DNA of 64,000 nucleotides from Candidatus Poribacteria bacterium (GCA_965215015.1 OZ244042.1:2208001-2272000), one strand, 5' to 3'; numbered from the stretch's first letter, positions 9,922 through 20,402 are shown. Numbers and translations: made by a program. The notes: generated by a model from the sequence alone, not told the origin.

Positions 9922-10569
9922 TTAATATGTTTCAGGTCCAAGAGCCTCTATCCGCTGTGCCCCACACTGAAAAAGCGATCTGTTTGCCGAGGTGTCAAAG
10001 GTGAAAAGAGGTTTGCCCCATTCCGATACCTGCTGTGCGAATTGCAGCGTCTTGCTCCCCGCCGGGGCATGGGCGATACATATCTTGTCCGCGAGTGCCG
10101 CAACAAATGCGTTGCGCCGGCTCGCCAATACTGCGGTCGATCGCCGATGTTTGCTATCAAAAATAGACAAAATTAGCAGACGCCCCTCCGCTAATGCCCC
10201 TTTCCATGCTGGACTCAACCGCATGTTTTCGATGTTCCGAGCGGGGCATAAGATAATCGGTTGTGAGCCGCGCAGCAGGACACGAAGACATTCCTTTTCA
10301 ACCGGGGAATGATACCCCCCGATGGTGGGCACCCCTGATTCCCGAAATTGCTGAGCCAATTCATGCGCGTTCAAGATAATCTGGGCGGGACATCTGCTGG
10401 AACAGAAAAATGCCCAGAGGTTTCCATTTAAGGGGGTGTCTCGATCCGTCAACAGGGCGAAATTCCCCCACGCCCAGATACTTTCTGGGGCTTCTGTTTT
10501 CAAATACCCTTTCAACTGCGCCGGGTAATTGGAATCTATTTGTGTAATACGTTCAATTAGATGCGTCAC
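9922..10569 (-). CDS. DprA/Smf-like (SLOG) protein, short type
   Basis: FFCSSRCP, IGGYHSPVEKEC, RRNAFVAALAD, AGSKT. Confidence 0.75.
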   Translation of the reverse strand: MTHLIERITQIDSNYPAQLKGYLKTEAPESIWAWGNFALLTDRDTPLNGNLWAFFCSSRCPAQIILNAHELAQQFRESGVPTIGGYHSPVEKECLRVLLRGSQPIILCPARNIENMRLSPAWKGALAEGRLLILSIFDSKHRRSTAVLASRRNAFVAALADKICIAHAPAGSKTLQFAQQVSEWGKPLFTFDTSANRSLFQCGAQRIEALGPETY

Positions 10570-10950
10570 TTCCGATTCTCATACGGCTGCTGCGCCGATC
10601 TAAACAACCCCCAGGCGCGAAGTTTACAATGACTTTCCGGCAGTGCGCCGTTTTGGAGCTAAACGAGCGGTTCTTCTTCTGTATGGTCGGAATTTACCCA
10701 AACAATGTCTTGGATTTCACCAACCCGCTGGGTAGCACGGGCGAAAAATCACCGGATAGTTTCATCAAGCGAAATGATAATCTCATCGGTTTCCAGTGCT
10801 GCTCCAAGGAGGTGAAAATCTTTCCGCATCTCTTCAAGTTTGGCGCGAAGCTTCTCATCTACCGGGGGATTGATACGATACACTTTTTTGCGCGCGTCCA
10901 TTGACACACTCCACTGACGCGCAAAGCCAGATCATGTCTTTTCCAATCGG
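10566..10950 (-). pseudogene. Degraded PIN-like/hypothetical gene upstream of the DprA-like gene
   Basis: Manual translation DWKRH/[frameshift]SGFARQWSVSMDARKKVY...MRKDFHLLGAALETDEIIISLDETIR*FFARA...VWVNSDHTEEEPLV*LQNGALPE; stops at 10749-51 (TGA) and 10659-61 (TAG); terminal TGA overlaps the GTG start of the next gene. Confidence 0.55.
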
Positions 10951-10978
10951 TAAAGGATAATATGTCACCTCGTTTTAA

Positions 10979-12268
10979 CTATCGTTGTCTCCAGTGGGCG
11001 CGCACAGGCTGCTTCTGAGCCCTTGAATACAGATCCTTCCACTCATTGGATCCATCGTTTTCCCAAATCTCCAAACGCACCCCTTCCACATAAGCGGGAC
11101 CGTTACCTGCATTAAAGTATCCAAGTCCCTGATCTATCATGTGTATGCAGCATCCGTCTGGATAGACAACTGTCTTGATAGCTTCCGGCTGCGGGTGGAT
11201 CGGTTGTCCATGTTTCTCAAAACCATCCAACCTTTCTTGAGAAACCCGGTATTTTTCGATGGCGGCCTCATCCACCTCAACCCCCAGTCCGGGCCCATCA
11301 GGAACGTGCTGATATCCACCCACTACCTCGATCGGCTTTTTCAGGAGATGATCGCTGTAGATATTGATGCAGCTAATCGTGGGCCAAGTCGCATGGGTCA
11401 GGACCGCGCCCAAGTGAGCAGCCCACGTTGTTGTTAAGCCATTGCCTACCAACTGCAACCAGAAGGGCATCTGCGCTTCTGCACTCAAGGCACCTTGACG
11501 CACAACTTCGGATTTTCCGCCGCCGATGACATATCCATCGCACACTTGCTCACGGATGCTAGTGATGTAAGGTGGATTTCCGAAGTGCATGGCAATCGGT
11601 CGATTGACGGATTGACGGATTTGCTTGTTGCCCAATATATCATCTTGTGGGATGGGCGTTTCAAACATGGCGACGTTATGGTACTGTTCCAGTTCCTTCA
11701 TGACCGGAATAGCAGCGGATGCATTCTGGAGCGAGCCGTTTGGATCGAGATCCAGCTTGAAATGTGGCGGCACCCCCTCGGAAACGGACTCAACCTGGGC
11801 AACGATGTCCCACCACGGACGCGGCTTATTCTTGAGACTGGTGTAGCCGTTTTTTACAGCGTCCTTTGCTTCGGCTGCCCAATCGTCGGGTGAGGCGTCA
11901 ACACACCACCAAGAGATCGGTGTCCAATCCCGCACCTTCGTGCCGATCAGTTGATAGACCGGCATCTCAAGGATCTTACCGACGACGTCAAAGAGTGCCA
12001 TCTGCAAACCGGCACCGAGGGAATCGTCGTTCATCAGTTCGGCTGGACGTTGACCCAAGACCCTGTCCACCGTCTGGTCAGTTACTCTGCCGTAGGTGTA
12101 ACGGATTACAGTCTCGCCCCAACCGACGTGCCCGGTATCCGTCGTGACTTTGCACAATTCCAGAATCGACCAATTGTAAACCGACGAAATACTGTTGCGG
12201 GTAATTTTTTGCTGCCGGGGGGTAAACGGCACATCAACGACAATACGTTCGACATCTGTCACTTTCAT
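10979..12268 (-). CDS. Mandelate racemase/muconate-lactonizing enzyme (enolase superfamily) dehydratase
   Basis: GHVGWGE, QMALFDVVGK, KNK (KxK), LDPN, FETP, PDGPGLGVEVDE. Confidence 0.88.
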   Translation of the reverse strand: MKVTDVERIVVDVPFTPRQQKITRNSISSVYNWSILELCKVTTDTGHVGWGETVIRYTYGRVTDQTVDRVLGQRPAELMNDDSLGAGLQMALFDVVGKILEMPVYQLIGTKVRDWTPISWWCVDASPDDWAAEAKDAVKNGYTSLKNKPRPWWDIVAQVESVSEGVPPHFKLDLDPNGSLQNASAAIPVMKELEQYHNVAMFETPIPQDDILGNKQIRQSVNRPIAMHFGNPPYITSIREQVCDGYVIGGGKSEVVRQGALSAEAQMPFWLQLVGNGLTTTWAAHLGAVLTHATWPTISCINIYSDHLLKKPIEVVGGYQHVPDGPGLGVEVDEAAIEKYRVSQERLDGFEKHGQPIHPQPEAIKTVVYPDGCCIHMIDQGLGYFNAGNGPAYVEGVRLEIWENDGSNEWKDLYSRAQKQPVRAHWRQR

Positions 12269-12360
12269 TGGATTATCCTTTCTAATTTCTGTCCAAAAAT
12301 CACCGAATCGCAGGTTAGGAGACCCCAATTTTATCGAGGGCAGGCTCTACGCCACAGTGG

Positions 12361-14121
12361 TCAATCCCTATCCCAAGGGAATACAAACGTTGGTTGATTT
12401 GCATAACGTTTCATTTTGAGAACAATACGGCTACCCGCTCCGGGAGCCAGGCGAACGCTAAAAGAAGGTTTATCTATTGACATGGTTTTGTCATCAATGG
12501 CGGCACTGACGAGCTGGTGCTCAGCGTAAGCTCCTCCCTGAACAATGACCGTCCGCTCCTCGACAGGGTTGATATTGACAAGTGAGAGCGTCGTTTCGTC
12601 ATCGGTCAGCTCTTCGACAAGTGCGGCGACATCTTCCGGTATTCCAGCGCGATGGTTCGCGGAATCGAAATAGCGTACCCGACAGTGTAGAGGCTCGCCG
12701 AACCGCGGTGTGATACCACCAAGCATCAGTTCAATCAAACTGCTGACTACCGCAGGGTTAAACCCTAAAGTATCGTCTGACAGTCGTGTATCCAGTGTCG
12801 TAGTATCTTCATGCATCCCCTGTATTTTCCGGCGCACCGTGCTAAAGTCACGTCGTAGTGCCTCTGTTGGGTAGTCCGGGTTGTTCCCTTCCAAGAATCC
12901 GATCCAGCCGTCTGTGGGCAGCCACTTGAGGACTTCACGGTTCATTGACCAATAGTAGACATCCAAGGCACCTTGATTATATGGCTGTGGTGTGTAGCTA
13001 TACCAGCCGTCATCGCCGTACATGTGGGGGTACATCACCTGACCATTGATTGTCTTCTGGTTTGAATTGATCGTTTCAATCATCTTCCGCCAGACATCCA
13101 CATAGCTTTGATCGCCGGTGGCAAGTAGGGCATTCCCGAACCCGGCAATCCCTCGAACATGTGCGTTGCGGTCTGCCAAGGCACCTGTTTGCGGAACGAC
13201 GACTGTGAACCCCCAACCGTAACAGCCCCCGTACCATTTACCATCGCACTCCCCTCCTATTGTGCCGTCCAGGCCGATATTAGATGGGATAATGCCGCCG
13301 TTGGTAGCTGTTCGCTCTGCCCACGCATCAACGTACTCAAGAAGCCACGCCTTGTATTTCTCTTCACCGGTGAGCATGTAGGCATTGATGGCAAGGGTTG
13401 TCGCAGCAAGATTTAGCGGATGGTCACCGACGATGTCAGTATAATCCTTGAAATGTGCTAACATCTCCTCGAAGTCGCGCTCTCCGTGTTTTGCATCGAA
13501 ACGTCCCTCGACTTCGATAGGGTCTCCTGCCCAATCCAACGCTGTCGCTTTGCGTAGGAGGGGCCCTCGACTGCCATTGAACATACTGCGAATAATCTTA
13601 TGCTCTGAATCGTAGTTCGGAGCCTGCGGATCTTCGTTCATGTAGAGACCGGCATAACGCCTCACCCGATTCTGAAAGACGCGGTTGTAGGGATCCGACA
13701 GTCCCTGCAAGTTAAAAACTGCAAGCCCCTCGCCGTGATGAAACCAGTCAAACATGACGGAAAATTCTTTATAATACATTCCCTCGCGAGCAATGGGAAC
13801 CTCCACCGTTTTCGCTTCTGTATATTGTAGCAGATGCCCTTCCCACGCTTTCTTATACATCTGCAAGATGCTATCTGAGGCACCAAGCGCATGTAAGATG
13901 GGCCAACCCGTGAGATTTTCGATGGCATCGTCGGGACCGTCGTTCCCGCCCCAGCGCGGAATACAGATTAGATAGCCCCGCTCATCAAAATAGCGATCAA
14001 AAAACGCTTCACAAGCAAGGGTCTGGGCGCGGATGAGCTCCCGCTCCAGAAGTGCCCACGCTGGCGGTGGAACGGGGGTATTCACCGAAAGGGTGTTCCT
14101 ATTCACGTTTGGTATCGGCAT
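12361..14121 (-). CDS. Conserved hypothetical protein, probable (alpha/alpha)-toroid glycosidase/lyase-like
   Basis: 586-aa ORF with AGGAG RBS; WGGNDGPDDAIEN and DWFHHGEG acid/His motifs; no signal peptide. Confidence 0.6.
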   Translation of the reverse strand: MPIPNVNRNTLSVNTPVPPPAWALLERELIRAQTLACEAFFDRYFDERGYLICIPRWGGNDGPDDAIENLTGWPILHALGASDSILQMYKKAWEGHLLQYTEAKTVEVPIAREGMYYKEFSVMFDWFHHGEGLAVFNLQGLSDPYNRVFQNRVRRYAGLYMNEDPQAPNYDSEHKIIRSMFNGSRGPLLRKATALDWAGDPIEVEGRFDAKHGERDFEEMLAHFKDYTDIVGDHPLNLAATTLAINAYMLTGEEKYKAWLLEYVDAWAERTATNGGIIPSNIGLDGTIGGECDGKWYGGCYGWGFTVVVPQTGALADRNAHVRGIAGFGNALLATGDQSYVDVWRKMIETINSNQKTINGQVMYPHMYGDDGWYSYTPQPYNQGALDVYYWSMNREVLKWLPTDGWIGFLEGNNPDYPTEALRRDFSTVRRKIQGMHEDTTTLDTRLSDDTLGFNPAVVSSLIELMLGGITPRFGEPLHCRVRYFDSANHRAGIPEDVAALVEELTDDETTLSLVNINPVEERTVIVQGGAYAEHQLVSAAIDDKTMSIDKPSFSVRLAPGAGSRIVLKMKRYANQPTFVFPWDRD

Positions 14122-14168
14122 AATTTATCTCCTTAATTATTGTCGTTGAAAAGAAGGGAGAGGACAAC

Positions 14169-14534
14169 TTAGGTATACTGAATCTGGGGAATGATTGAAA
14201 GGTCAAATTCCCTTTTCTGTCCACGCTGAACCATCGCTAGCATTTCTTGACAACACAGAATTTGTTCGACGAGTGATTTGAGTTCAACCCCCAAATGCTG
14301 GTTCCCAAAATCTTTTAGCTTGGCATATGCTTTCGACCATTGGCTTTCCGCACCTACATAATTTCGATTCAAGAGATGAAAGCACCCAACGCTGAGTTGG
14401 AGCAGCCCTTGATAAAAAGGGCGATCTGTGCCCACTTCGATCATCCATACATCCTCCAAAGTTTCGTGGCACTCAAAGTAATCACCATCGTTAAACTCTT
14501 GAATTCCTTTTTTGAGGACTGCTTGTTTGTTCAT
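14169..14534 (-). CDS. DUF309 domain protein
   Basis: FNDGDYFECHETLEDVW and FYQGLLQLSVG..H motifs. Confidence 0.85.
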   Translation of the reverse strand: MNKQAVLKKGIQEFNDGDYFECHETLEDVWMIEVGTDRPFYQGLLQLSVGCFHLLNRNYVGAESQWSKAYAKLKDFGNQHLGVELKSLVEQILCCQEMLAMVQRGQKREFDLSIIPQIQYT

Positions 14535-14548
14535 TGGTTCATTAGTAC

Positions 14549-14702
14549 GTAGGTTGGGTTGAACGCAATCAGTAAGAAATATCAAGCATTACCCGTGAAT
14601 TGTAGAATGATTCTGGTTGATCTCTCCCGAATAAAGTGAAACCTACCACAGTTAATAAGTTGGACATCAGTTGGATTGAGCTGGGTTTTACCTCGAACCT
14701 AC
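14549..14702. repeat. GTAG-type REP/REPIN-like element (degenerate)
   Basis: Left end GTAGGTTGGGTTGAAC (14549), right end CTCGAACCTAC (14702); same family as 47423-47620. Confidence 0.55.
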
Positions 14703-14829
14703 AAGATTTTCGGGGGTTGAGCGTAGTAAAATCCCTATTTCGTTGAGGGCAGGCCCTGTGCCACATTGGAGCTATGTTGAGGGTTCATAGGTACGATTAA
14801 CAAACTATTGAACTCATTACCGATAGAAT

Positions 14830-16143
14830 CTACCTGAACTCTTCATCATGGTAAACCTCTTCTAAATGGGTTGATGTAAGGAATGCAAAAAATCCCACCC
14901 CCAAGGCAATCGCAAAAGTATACTCATAGCCGATCCAACGGATGAGTTGCCCCGCAATCACCGGCATAAAACCGAAGGGGAATACCAGCGTATTCATGAA
15001 ACCGATATAGGTAGGACGATTCAGCGGGGGAGCTATATTAATCATATATGTCATAAAACCGACCATCATGCCGCTCATTGATGCACCGCCGAGGACGAAG
15101 GTTAGAAAATAGCACGGCAACTGCCACACCGGTGGAATGTACTGGACACAAATTGCCACCAACGGTGCCGTGCAAGCGAGTAGTGCTGTGCAGATCAGTA
15201 TCCATCTAACACCGTACCGCCCACTCATATAGCCCCATAGAATGTTCGACAGGACCCCACTGACAGCACCAACCGCAAGGAACAGTCCAATGGTTGCATC
15301 TGAAATGCTCAATTTGTCCAAAGCATAAGGTACGTAGAAAGGCATGCACATCCGGCCAACATTGACGAATATTCGGTACACGATGAAATCTCGATAATTC
15401 CGGTCCGTTTGAAGGAAGTGTGGGCCCTGTTTAATATGCTGCCAAAACGTTTTGCGTTCGGTTTGAACGGGACGGATTGGCTCGCGGATTTTAAGAAAAA
15501 CGATGAGCGAAATTATCGCCATAACGGCAACACCAAAGAACAAAAGCGCGTAATTATTCGGGAAGATGAATCCAGAGGCATCACTCAAAATGTAGCGAAC
15601 CAGAAAACCGATGAATATGGTGAAAAAGCCGCCGATGAAATTGCCCAAACTAAAAAATCGTGCGCGCTGTCGCGGTTCAATCGTTTTGGAGATAATGTCC
15701 ATATATGCAACGGAGGACGCTCCCATTGACGAGGTGCCTGCGAAATAGAGGAAGATAAAACCCGCAGCGAGCAAACCGTAATTGCGCGCACCGACCCACA
15801 CCGTGCACACGGTAATTGCGAGCCACACAGCGGTGTGCACACTCATGCCGAGTATATAAAATGGCATCTTGCGGGATTTGTGTTCCAGCAGATTTGAAAT
15901 CAATAGTTGGGGCCACATCCATCCTACAGACATCAGTGAGCCGGTCAAGCCGACGAGGGTGTTGGAGGCAGTCAGCTTATAAACAAAAGCAGAAAGAACA
16001 GTTGTGCTATCCGATAGGGAGAAAGAAATTCGCCCAAATATACCTTGAAATACAGCGATCCAAAAGTTGCGGTCCTGTTCTCGCGTTTTGTTTTTTTCCG
16101 CTTGGGGCTGTGGTTCTGGCATCTCCGTCGAAGCAGTTTTCAT
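14830..16143 (-). CDS. MFS transporter (paralog 2)
   Basis: About 12 hydrophobic segments; WGYMSGRYGVR loop; highly similar to the adjacent gene. Confidence 0.85.
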   Translation of the reverse strand: MKTASTEMPEPQPQAEKNKTREQDRNFWIAVFQGIFGRISFSLSDSTTVLSAFVYKLTASNTLVGLTGSLMSVGWMWPQLLISNLLEHKSRKMPFYILGMSVHTAVWLAITVCTVWVGARNYGLLAAGFIFLYFAGTSSMGASSVAYMDIISKTIEPRQRARFFSLGNFIGGFFTIFIGFLVRYILSDASGFIFPNNYALLFFGVAVMAIISLIVFLKIREPIRPVQTERKTFWQHIKQGPHFLQTDRNYRDFIVYRIFVNVGRMCMPFYVPYALDKLSISDATIGLFLAVGAVSGVLSNILWGYMSGRYGVRWILICTALLACTAPLVAICVQYIPPVWQLPCYFLTFVLGGASMSGMMVGFMTYMINIAPPLNRPTYIGFMNTLVFPFGFMPVIAGQLIRWIGYEYTFAIALGVGFFAFLTSTHLEEVYHDEEFR

Positions 16144-16163
16144 AGCTGGTTTCGGCTTCTTTA

Positions 16164-17477
16164 TTAAGCGGTATCCTCCTCATGATACACATCCTTTAGC
16201 CGGGTTGCTATTAAAAATCCAAATATTCCCATCCCCATAGACATCAAAAAGACCCCTTCGTAGCTCAGTAGCCCAACCAGTTTACCTGCTAGCACTGGCA
16301 TGAAACCACAGGGAAATAGTATCGTGTTCATAAAACCGAGATAGGTCGGACGCACTCTAGGTGGTGCGATATTAATCATATACGTCATAAAGCCCACCAT
16401 CATACCGCTCATCGCTGCGCCATTGAGGGCGAAAATCGACAGGTAGATTGGCACCCGCCAAACCGGCGGCGGGTACTGCACAAACATAACGACCATCGGG
16501 GACGCGCAAGCCATTGCTGATGTGAGAATCAGTATCCACCGTTCACCATATTTTTCTGCAGCGTAGATCCATAAAAAGTTTGAAATGACACCGCTGGCTG
16601 CGCTAACGGCAATGAACAGTCCAATAGTTGATTCCGGAATTGCTAATTTGTTCAGTGCATACGGCACGTAGAAAGGACCACACATTCCTGCGGTATGCTC
16701 GAAGATCCGAAAATACAGGAATAATCGATAATTTCGATCTGTCCGCAGAAATTGAGGCCCCTGCTTCAGGTGTTGTCGAAGGGTGCGACGCTTGGACTTG
16801 ACCGAGCTAATAGGTTCGCGAATTTTTAGAAAAATGGTGCACGCAATTCCAACGGAGATAGCACCACAGCCAAATAGGAGTGCGTAGTTATGTGGAAACG
16901 CTAATCCGAAATCATCGCCTAAAACATATAAAACGAAAAAACCGATGAAGAAGCTACAAATCCCGCCCGTGATATTACGCAGACTGAAAAATCGTGCGCG
17001 CCGATGGGGTCCAATTGCCTTAGAAATAATGTCCATGTACGGAAGTGTCGAAACACCCATTGATGAAGAACCGACAAAATAAAAACAGAGAAAACAGGCG
17101 GCAAGCAGCCCATAGTTGTGCGGACCGATTAGAAACGCAGACAGAAAGATTGCGACCCATGCGAAAGTGCGGAGCCCCATACCGAGGGCGTAGAAGGGCA
17201 TCTTACGGGAGCGGTGTTCCAAAAGATTTGAGATGAGTAGCTGGGGCCACATCCAACCGGCCATGCCGATTGAGCCGGTCAAACCAACGAGGGTATTTGA
17301 GGTAGTGAGTCTATAAATGAAAGCGGAGAGAACAGTGGTGGAATCAGCAAAAGCGAAGGAAATGCGTATAAATGTGCCTTGAGCAACAGCTAGCAAAAAG
17401 GTGCGTCTTTGTTCTTTGACTTTTTCTTCTTCACCCTGAGACGCTGTCTCTAGTGTGTCGGTTGAAGCAATTTTCAT
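16164..17477 (-). CDS. MFS transporter (paralog 1)
   Basis: About 12 TM segments; shares GWMWPQLLISNLLEH and MSGMMVGFMTYMINIAPP with its neighbour; both are 437 aa. Confidence 0.85.
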   Translation of the reverse strand: MKIASTDTLETASQGEEEKVKEQRRTFLLAVAQGTFIRISFAFADSTTVLSAFIYRLTTSNTLVGLTGSIGMAGWMWPQLLISNLLEHRSRKMPFYALGMGLRTFAWVAIFLSAFLIGPHNYGLLAACFLCFYFVGSSSMGVSTLPYMDIISKAIGPHRRARFFSLRNITGGICSFFIGFFVLYVLGDDFGLAFPHNYALLFGCGAISVGIACTIFLKIREPISSVKSKRRTLRQHLKQGPQFLRTDRNYRLFLYFRIFEHTAGMCGPFYVPYALNKLAIPESTIGLFIAVSAASGVISNFLWIYAAEKYGERWILILTSAMACASPMVVMFVQYPPPVWRVPIYLSIFALNGAAMSGMMVGFMTYMINIAPPRVRPTYLGFMNTILFPCGFMPVLAGKLVGLLSYEGVFLMSMGMGIFGFLIATRLKDVYHEEDTA

Positions 17478-17740
17478 AGTGGGCTTGGCTTACCTTAAAC
17501 CTCGAAATATGGAGGATACAGTTTAAATAATTCTTAACGCCACCGTTTGACTAAATTTAGGTCTTGTGGGTTGATTCAAAGTGAACGGAATCTCTTGATT
17601 TTCAGAAACAGATTTGAAACAATCCTGATAAAATAGATGATTGTCATCGATAATCAATCTATGATATTATACACCATGTTAGGTCATTCACGCATTATGT
17701 ATTATGCCACATTTCACAAAATTTGCGAAAGGAAATTACA

Positions 17741-18688
17741 ATGTCCAAACCAAAAGTCTTAATTGCACACCGACCGGGGCCAGAAATTGAAGCTATGCTC
17801 GAAGACGCTCCATCAGAACTCGAAATCTGCTTCTTGCCCGCAGGAGAAAAACTCGGAGATCATATCTCAGATATCGAAGTTCTCTACGGTTCTATCAATG
17901 AGGAAGATTTCTCCAAGGCGAAAGCGTTGCGTTGGATACAACAACCCTTTGTCGGGGTTGAATGGGCAAGGTTTCCTGCCTTTAGGGACAGCAACGTAAG
18001 CTTGGTCAACAGCCGCATATTGTATGGGCCCCAGATTGCCGAGCACGCCTTCGCGCTCCTGCTCTCCCTTACGCGAGGCATTATCACCCAACTCGATTTC
18101 ATGAGACGAAAGCACTGGGAGTGGGCACCAACCATCGAAATTGCAGGCATGACCATGGGAATCCTTGGGCTTGGCGGGATTGGTCGTGCTGTTGCCGTGA
18201 GGGCGAAGGCATTTGACTGCAAAGTAATCGCCGTTGATAAAGAGCCTGTCGAAAAGCCCGATACGGTGGATCAGCTGGGTCAGATGGATTCGCTGTTGGA
18301 TTTTCTATCCCAAACCGACATCCTGATGGTCTGCTGTCCAATCACCCCGGAGACGCATAAACTTCTATCGCACGACCAGTTTAATACGATGCCGGATGGA
18401 AGTTACATTGTCAATGTCAGCCGTGGCAAAGTGGTTGACGAAGAGGCCCTAATCGTTGCACTCGATAGTGGTAAGTTAGCGGGAGCAGGTTTAGATGTTA
18501 CTTACACCGAACCGTATCCGGAAGATGGACCGTTATGGATGAGACCAAATGTGATTTTGGCATCCCACACTGCCGGTGGATCACAGAACATTGGCAAGCG
18601 GGCGATGGGGCTCTTTATTGAGAACTTGCACCACGACGTTAAGGGCGAAGCGTTGGTCAATGTCGTAGACAAACAGAAGGGGTACTAG
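17741..18688 (+). CDS. D-2-hydroxyacid dehydrogenase
   Basis: GILGLGGIG, VNVSRG, GLDVTYTEP, SHTAG (Arg/Glu/His triad). Confidence 0.92.
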   Translation: MSKPKVLIAHRPGPEIEAMLEDAPSELEICFLPAGEKLGDHISDIEVLYGSINEEDFSKAKALRWIQQPFVGVEWARFPAFRDSNVSLVNSRILYGPQIAEHAFALLLSLTRGIITQLDFMRRKHWEWAPTIEIAGMTMGILGLGGIGRAVAVRAKAFDCKVIAVDKEPVEKPDTVDQLGQMDSLLDFLSQTDILMVCCPITPETHKLLSHDQFNTMPDGSYIVNVSRGKVVDEEALIVALDSGKLAGAGLDVTYTEPYPEDGPLWMRPNVILASHTAGGSQNIGKRAMGLFIENLHHDVKGEALVNVVDKQKGY

Positions 18689-18796
18689 ATGGTGTGCCAT
18701 CGCTATTGAGAAAATCTATTCATTTGCCACCGCCACGCCAAACGATAGCAGCGCGTATCGGGAAACTGTTTACGAAGTTTAGAGTGAACGAGGCAT

Positions 18797-18856
18797 AAAA
18801 AAGGGGTATCAAGGCAAATCGTTAGCCAAACGGCTGACAAAGCCCAAGATACCCCA
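18797..18856 (-). terminator. Long-stem intrinsic terminator of the minus-strand peptide operon
   Basis: On the minus strand GGGGTATC...GATACCCC is followed by TTTTTT; inner stem gtcagcc/ggctaac. Confidence 0.6.
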
Positions 18857-18917
18857 GTTTCGTTTTATCAGGATTGACGATTACGGTGAACTAACCGCTC
18901 GGATTTTGTTTTTGCTC

Positions 18918-19182
18918 CTACTGTGTATCGGACGCAGCAACGGCTTGGGCTTTACGCTCACGCTCCCACCGTTCCCTCGCCTCTTTGAGACGTTTTCAGG
19001 TTCTCCTCACATGGCGAACACTCTGCCTCCGCTTCCAACTTAACCTGTCCCGATTTATCGGTTGACTCGGAACGGGATTGGGGAGCGGGGACACCGGGAA
19101 AGTTGTCTGTTGCATAGGCAATGAACAACCCCACAATGACCAGAAAACAGAATAACCCCCACGTTATCATAAACACTTTCAT
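18918..19182 (-). CDS. Small membrane-anchored/secreted CxxC protein, apparently frameshifted near the 3' end
   Basis: N-terminal hydrophobic helix and CSPC motif. Removing one A from ctgAAAAcg (~18993) gives the helical tail LKRLKEARERWERERKAQAVAASDTQ* ending at 18918. ATGA overlap with the upstream stop. Confidence 0.55.
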
Positions 19183-20402
19183 CTGGAAACCTCCTCTCTG
19201 TTTCTGTTGCGGTGCCGTTCCACTTGCTTAGCAACCTCTGGGTCGTTTTCTTTCAAACGGCGTAGCCCCTCCTCCGGTCCATACCGATCCAAAGTATCCA
19301 TCGCCCGGTCGAAACGTTCTGATGAAAACTGTGATTTCAAGGCGTTTTCAAGGTTGCCTTGAATCTCGCCCGGTGTATTGGAGGGTTGATTCATAGGCAT
19401 ATCGGACGGTTGAGGTGTCAACGACTTTTCGATTGCTGCTTCAATCTCGGCGTCAGGCATTCGCACACGGGCCGAAGAGGCAGACGTGTCAGACACTTCT
19501 ATTTCACGATCAGATGCAGCAGAACTTTCCATGATAGACGACATGTCCCACGAAGAATCAGACGTATCCGTGTCGGTTCCCGGATCCCCTGCTCCCTCCG
19601 CGGCTGCGACAATACTCTCTGCGTTTCGTTGCACGTCAGTCACCCATTTAAGAGCCGGGTTACCGTCTCTTCGGGTAAGGCCGCCCGAGTCGGTATCAAA
19701 ACGACCCGCAAGCCATGCCATTTTTTCGTTCGATTGCCTCGTAAACTGAGCGTATACCTTCAAACGTTGTCTATGTGCTGCGATTGAGTCTGACAGGTCC
19801 ACCGGTTCGGCTGCTAAAAATAATTTCGCCATTTCCAAACGCATCTCTGGCTCATAATCCTCCGGTTCTCCGGTGGGGAAAACTTTACGGAATAATTGGG
19901 TATATATTCCCCGGTCTACCGGAACCCCCTGTGATTCCAAAACGTCCCAAAACTTTCGTCGGGAAATCGGCACACCACTTTCCAACGATTCTTTCACCAT
20001 TTCACGGAACTCCAGTGAATCATAGGCATCCATCCTTTTTTGAATATCGGGTCTTGCTAGTTCTTCTTCGCTCAACGTAGACATGAAATTCTTTTTTACT
20101 GTCTGTACAACCTTTTCAACTAAAATTATATGTTCATGTCGAGGATCTATAACCCCGATCTGCCTGGTCTCGGAACGGACATCGGGATTTGAAGACCTTT
20201 TATGATTTTCATCAGTATTTTTTGTCGTCTGCCAGGTGTTTCTCCTTTCGGCTACCAACTCGTTACTAGCAAGAAAATTCCTAGTCTTATGCTCCCGAGC
20301 GGTCTTAAACTGCAGAAAAAGCCAAAACGACATACAAACCGCTATCCCTAACAAGACCGCACTACACATAAGCACGACTTTTCTGGGCACCTTAGTTTTC
20401 AT
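19179..20402 (-). CDS. Hypothetical N-terminally membrane-anchored alpha-helical protein
   Basis: AGGAGG RBS before MKTKVPRK; TM segment VVLMCSAVLLGIAVCMSFWLFL; acidic/Ser linker; C-terminal FDRAMDTLDRYGPEEGLRRLKENDPE. Confidence 0.75.
   Translation of the reverse strand: MKTKVPRKVVLMCSAVLLGIAVCMSFWLFLQFKTAREHKTRNFLASNELVAERRNTWQTTKNTDENHKRSSNPDVRSETRQIGVIDPRHEHIILVEKVVQTVKKNFMSTLSEEELARPDIQKRMDAYDSLEFREMVKESLESGVPISRRKFWDVLESQGVPVDRGIYTQLFRKVFPTGEPEDYEPEMRLEMAKLFLAAEPVDLSDSIAAHRQRLKVYAQFTRQSNEKMAWLAGRFDTDSGGLTRRDGNPALKWVTDVQRNAESIVAAAEGAGDPGTDTDTSDSSWDMSSIMESSAASDREIEVSDTSASSARVRMPDAEIEAAIEKSLTPQPSDMPMNQPSNTPGEIQGNLENALKSQFSSERFDRAMDTLDRYGPEEGLRRLKENDPEVAKQVERHRNRNREEVSR

Noticed and set aside
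18803-18856. c-di-GMP-I riboswitch-like GGCAAA...AAAGCC on the + strand
   Set aside because: It lacks the GNRA loop/receptor and P2, has no downstream + strand gene, and is better explained as a minus-strand terminator.
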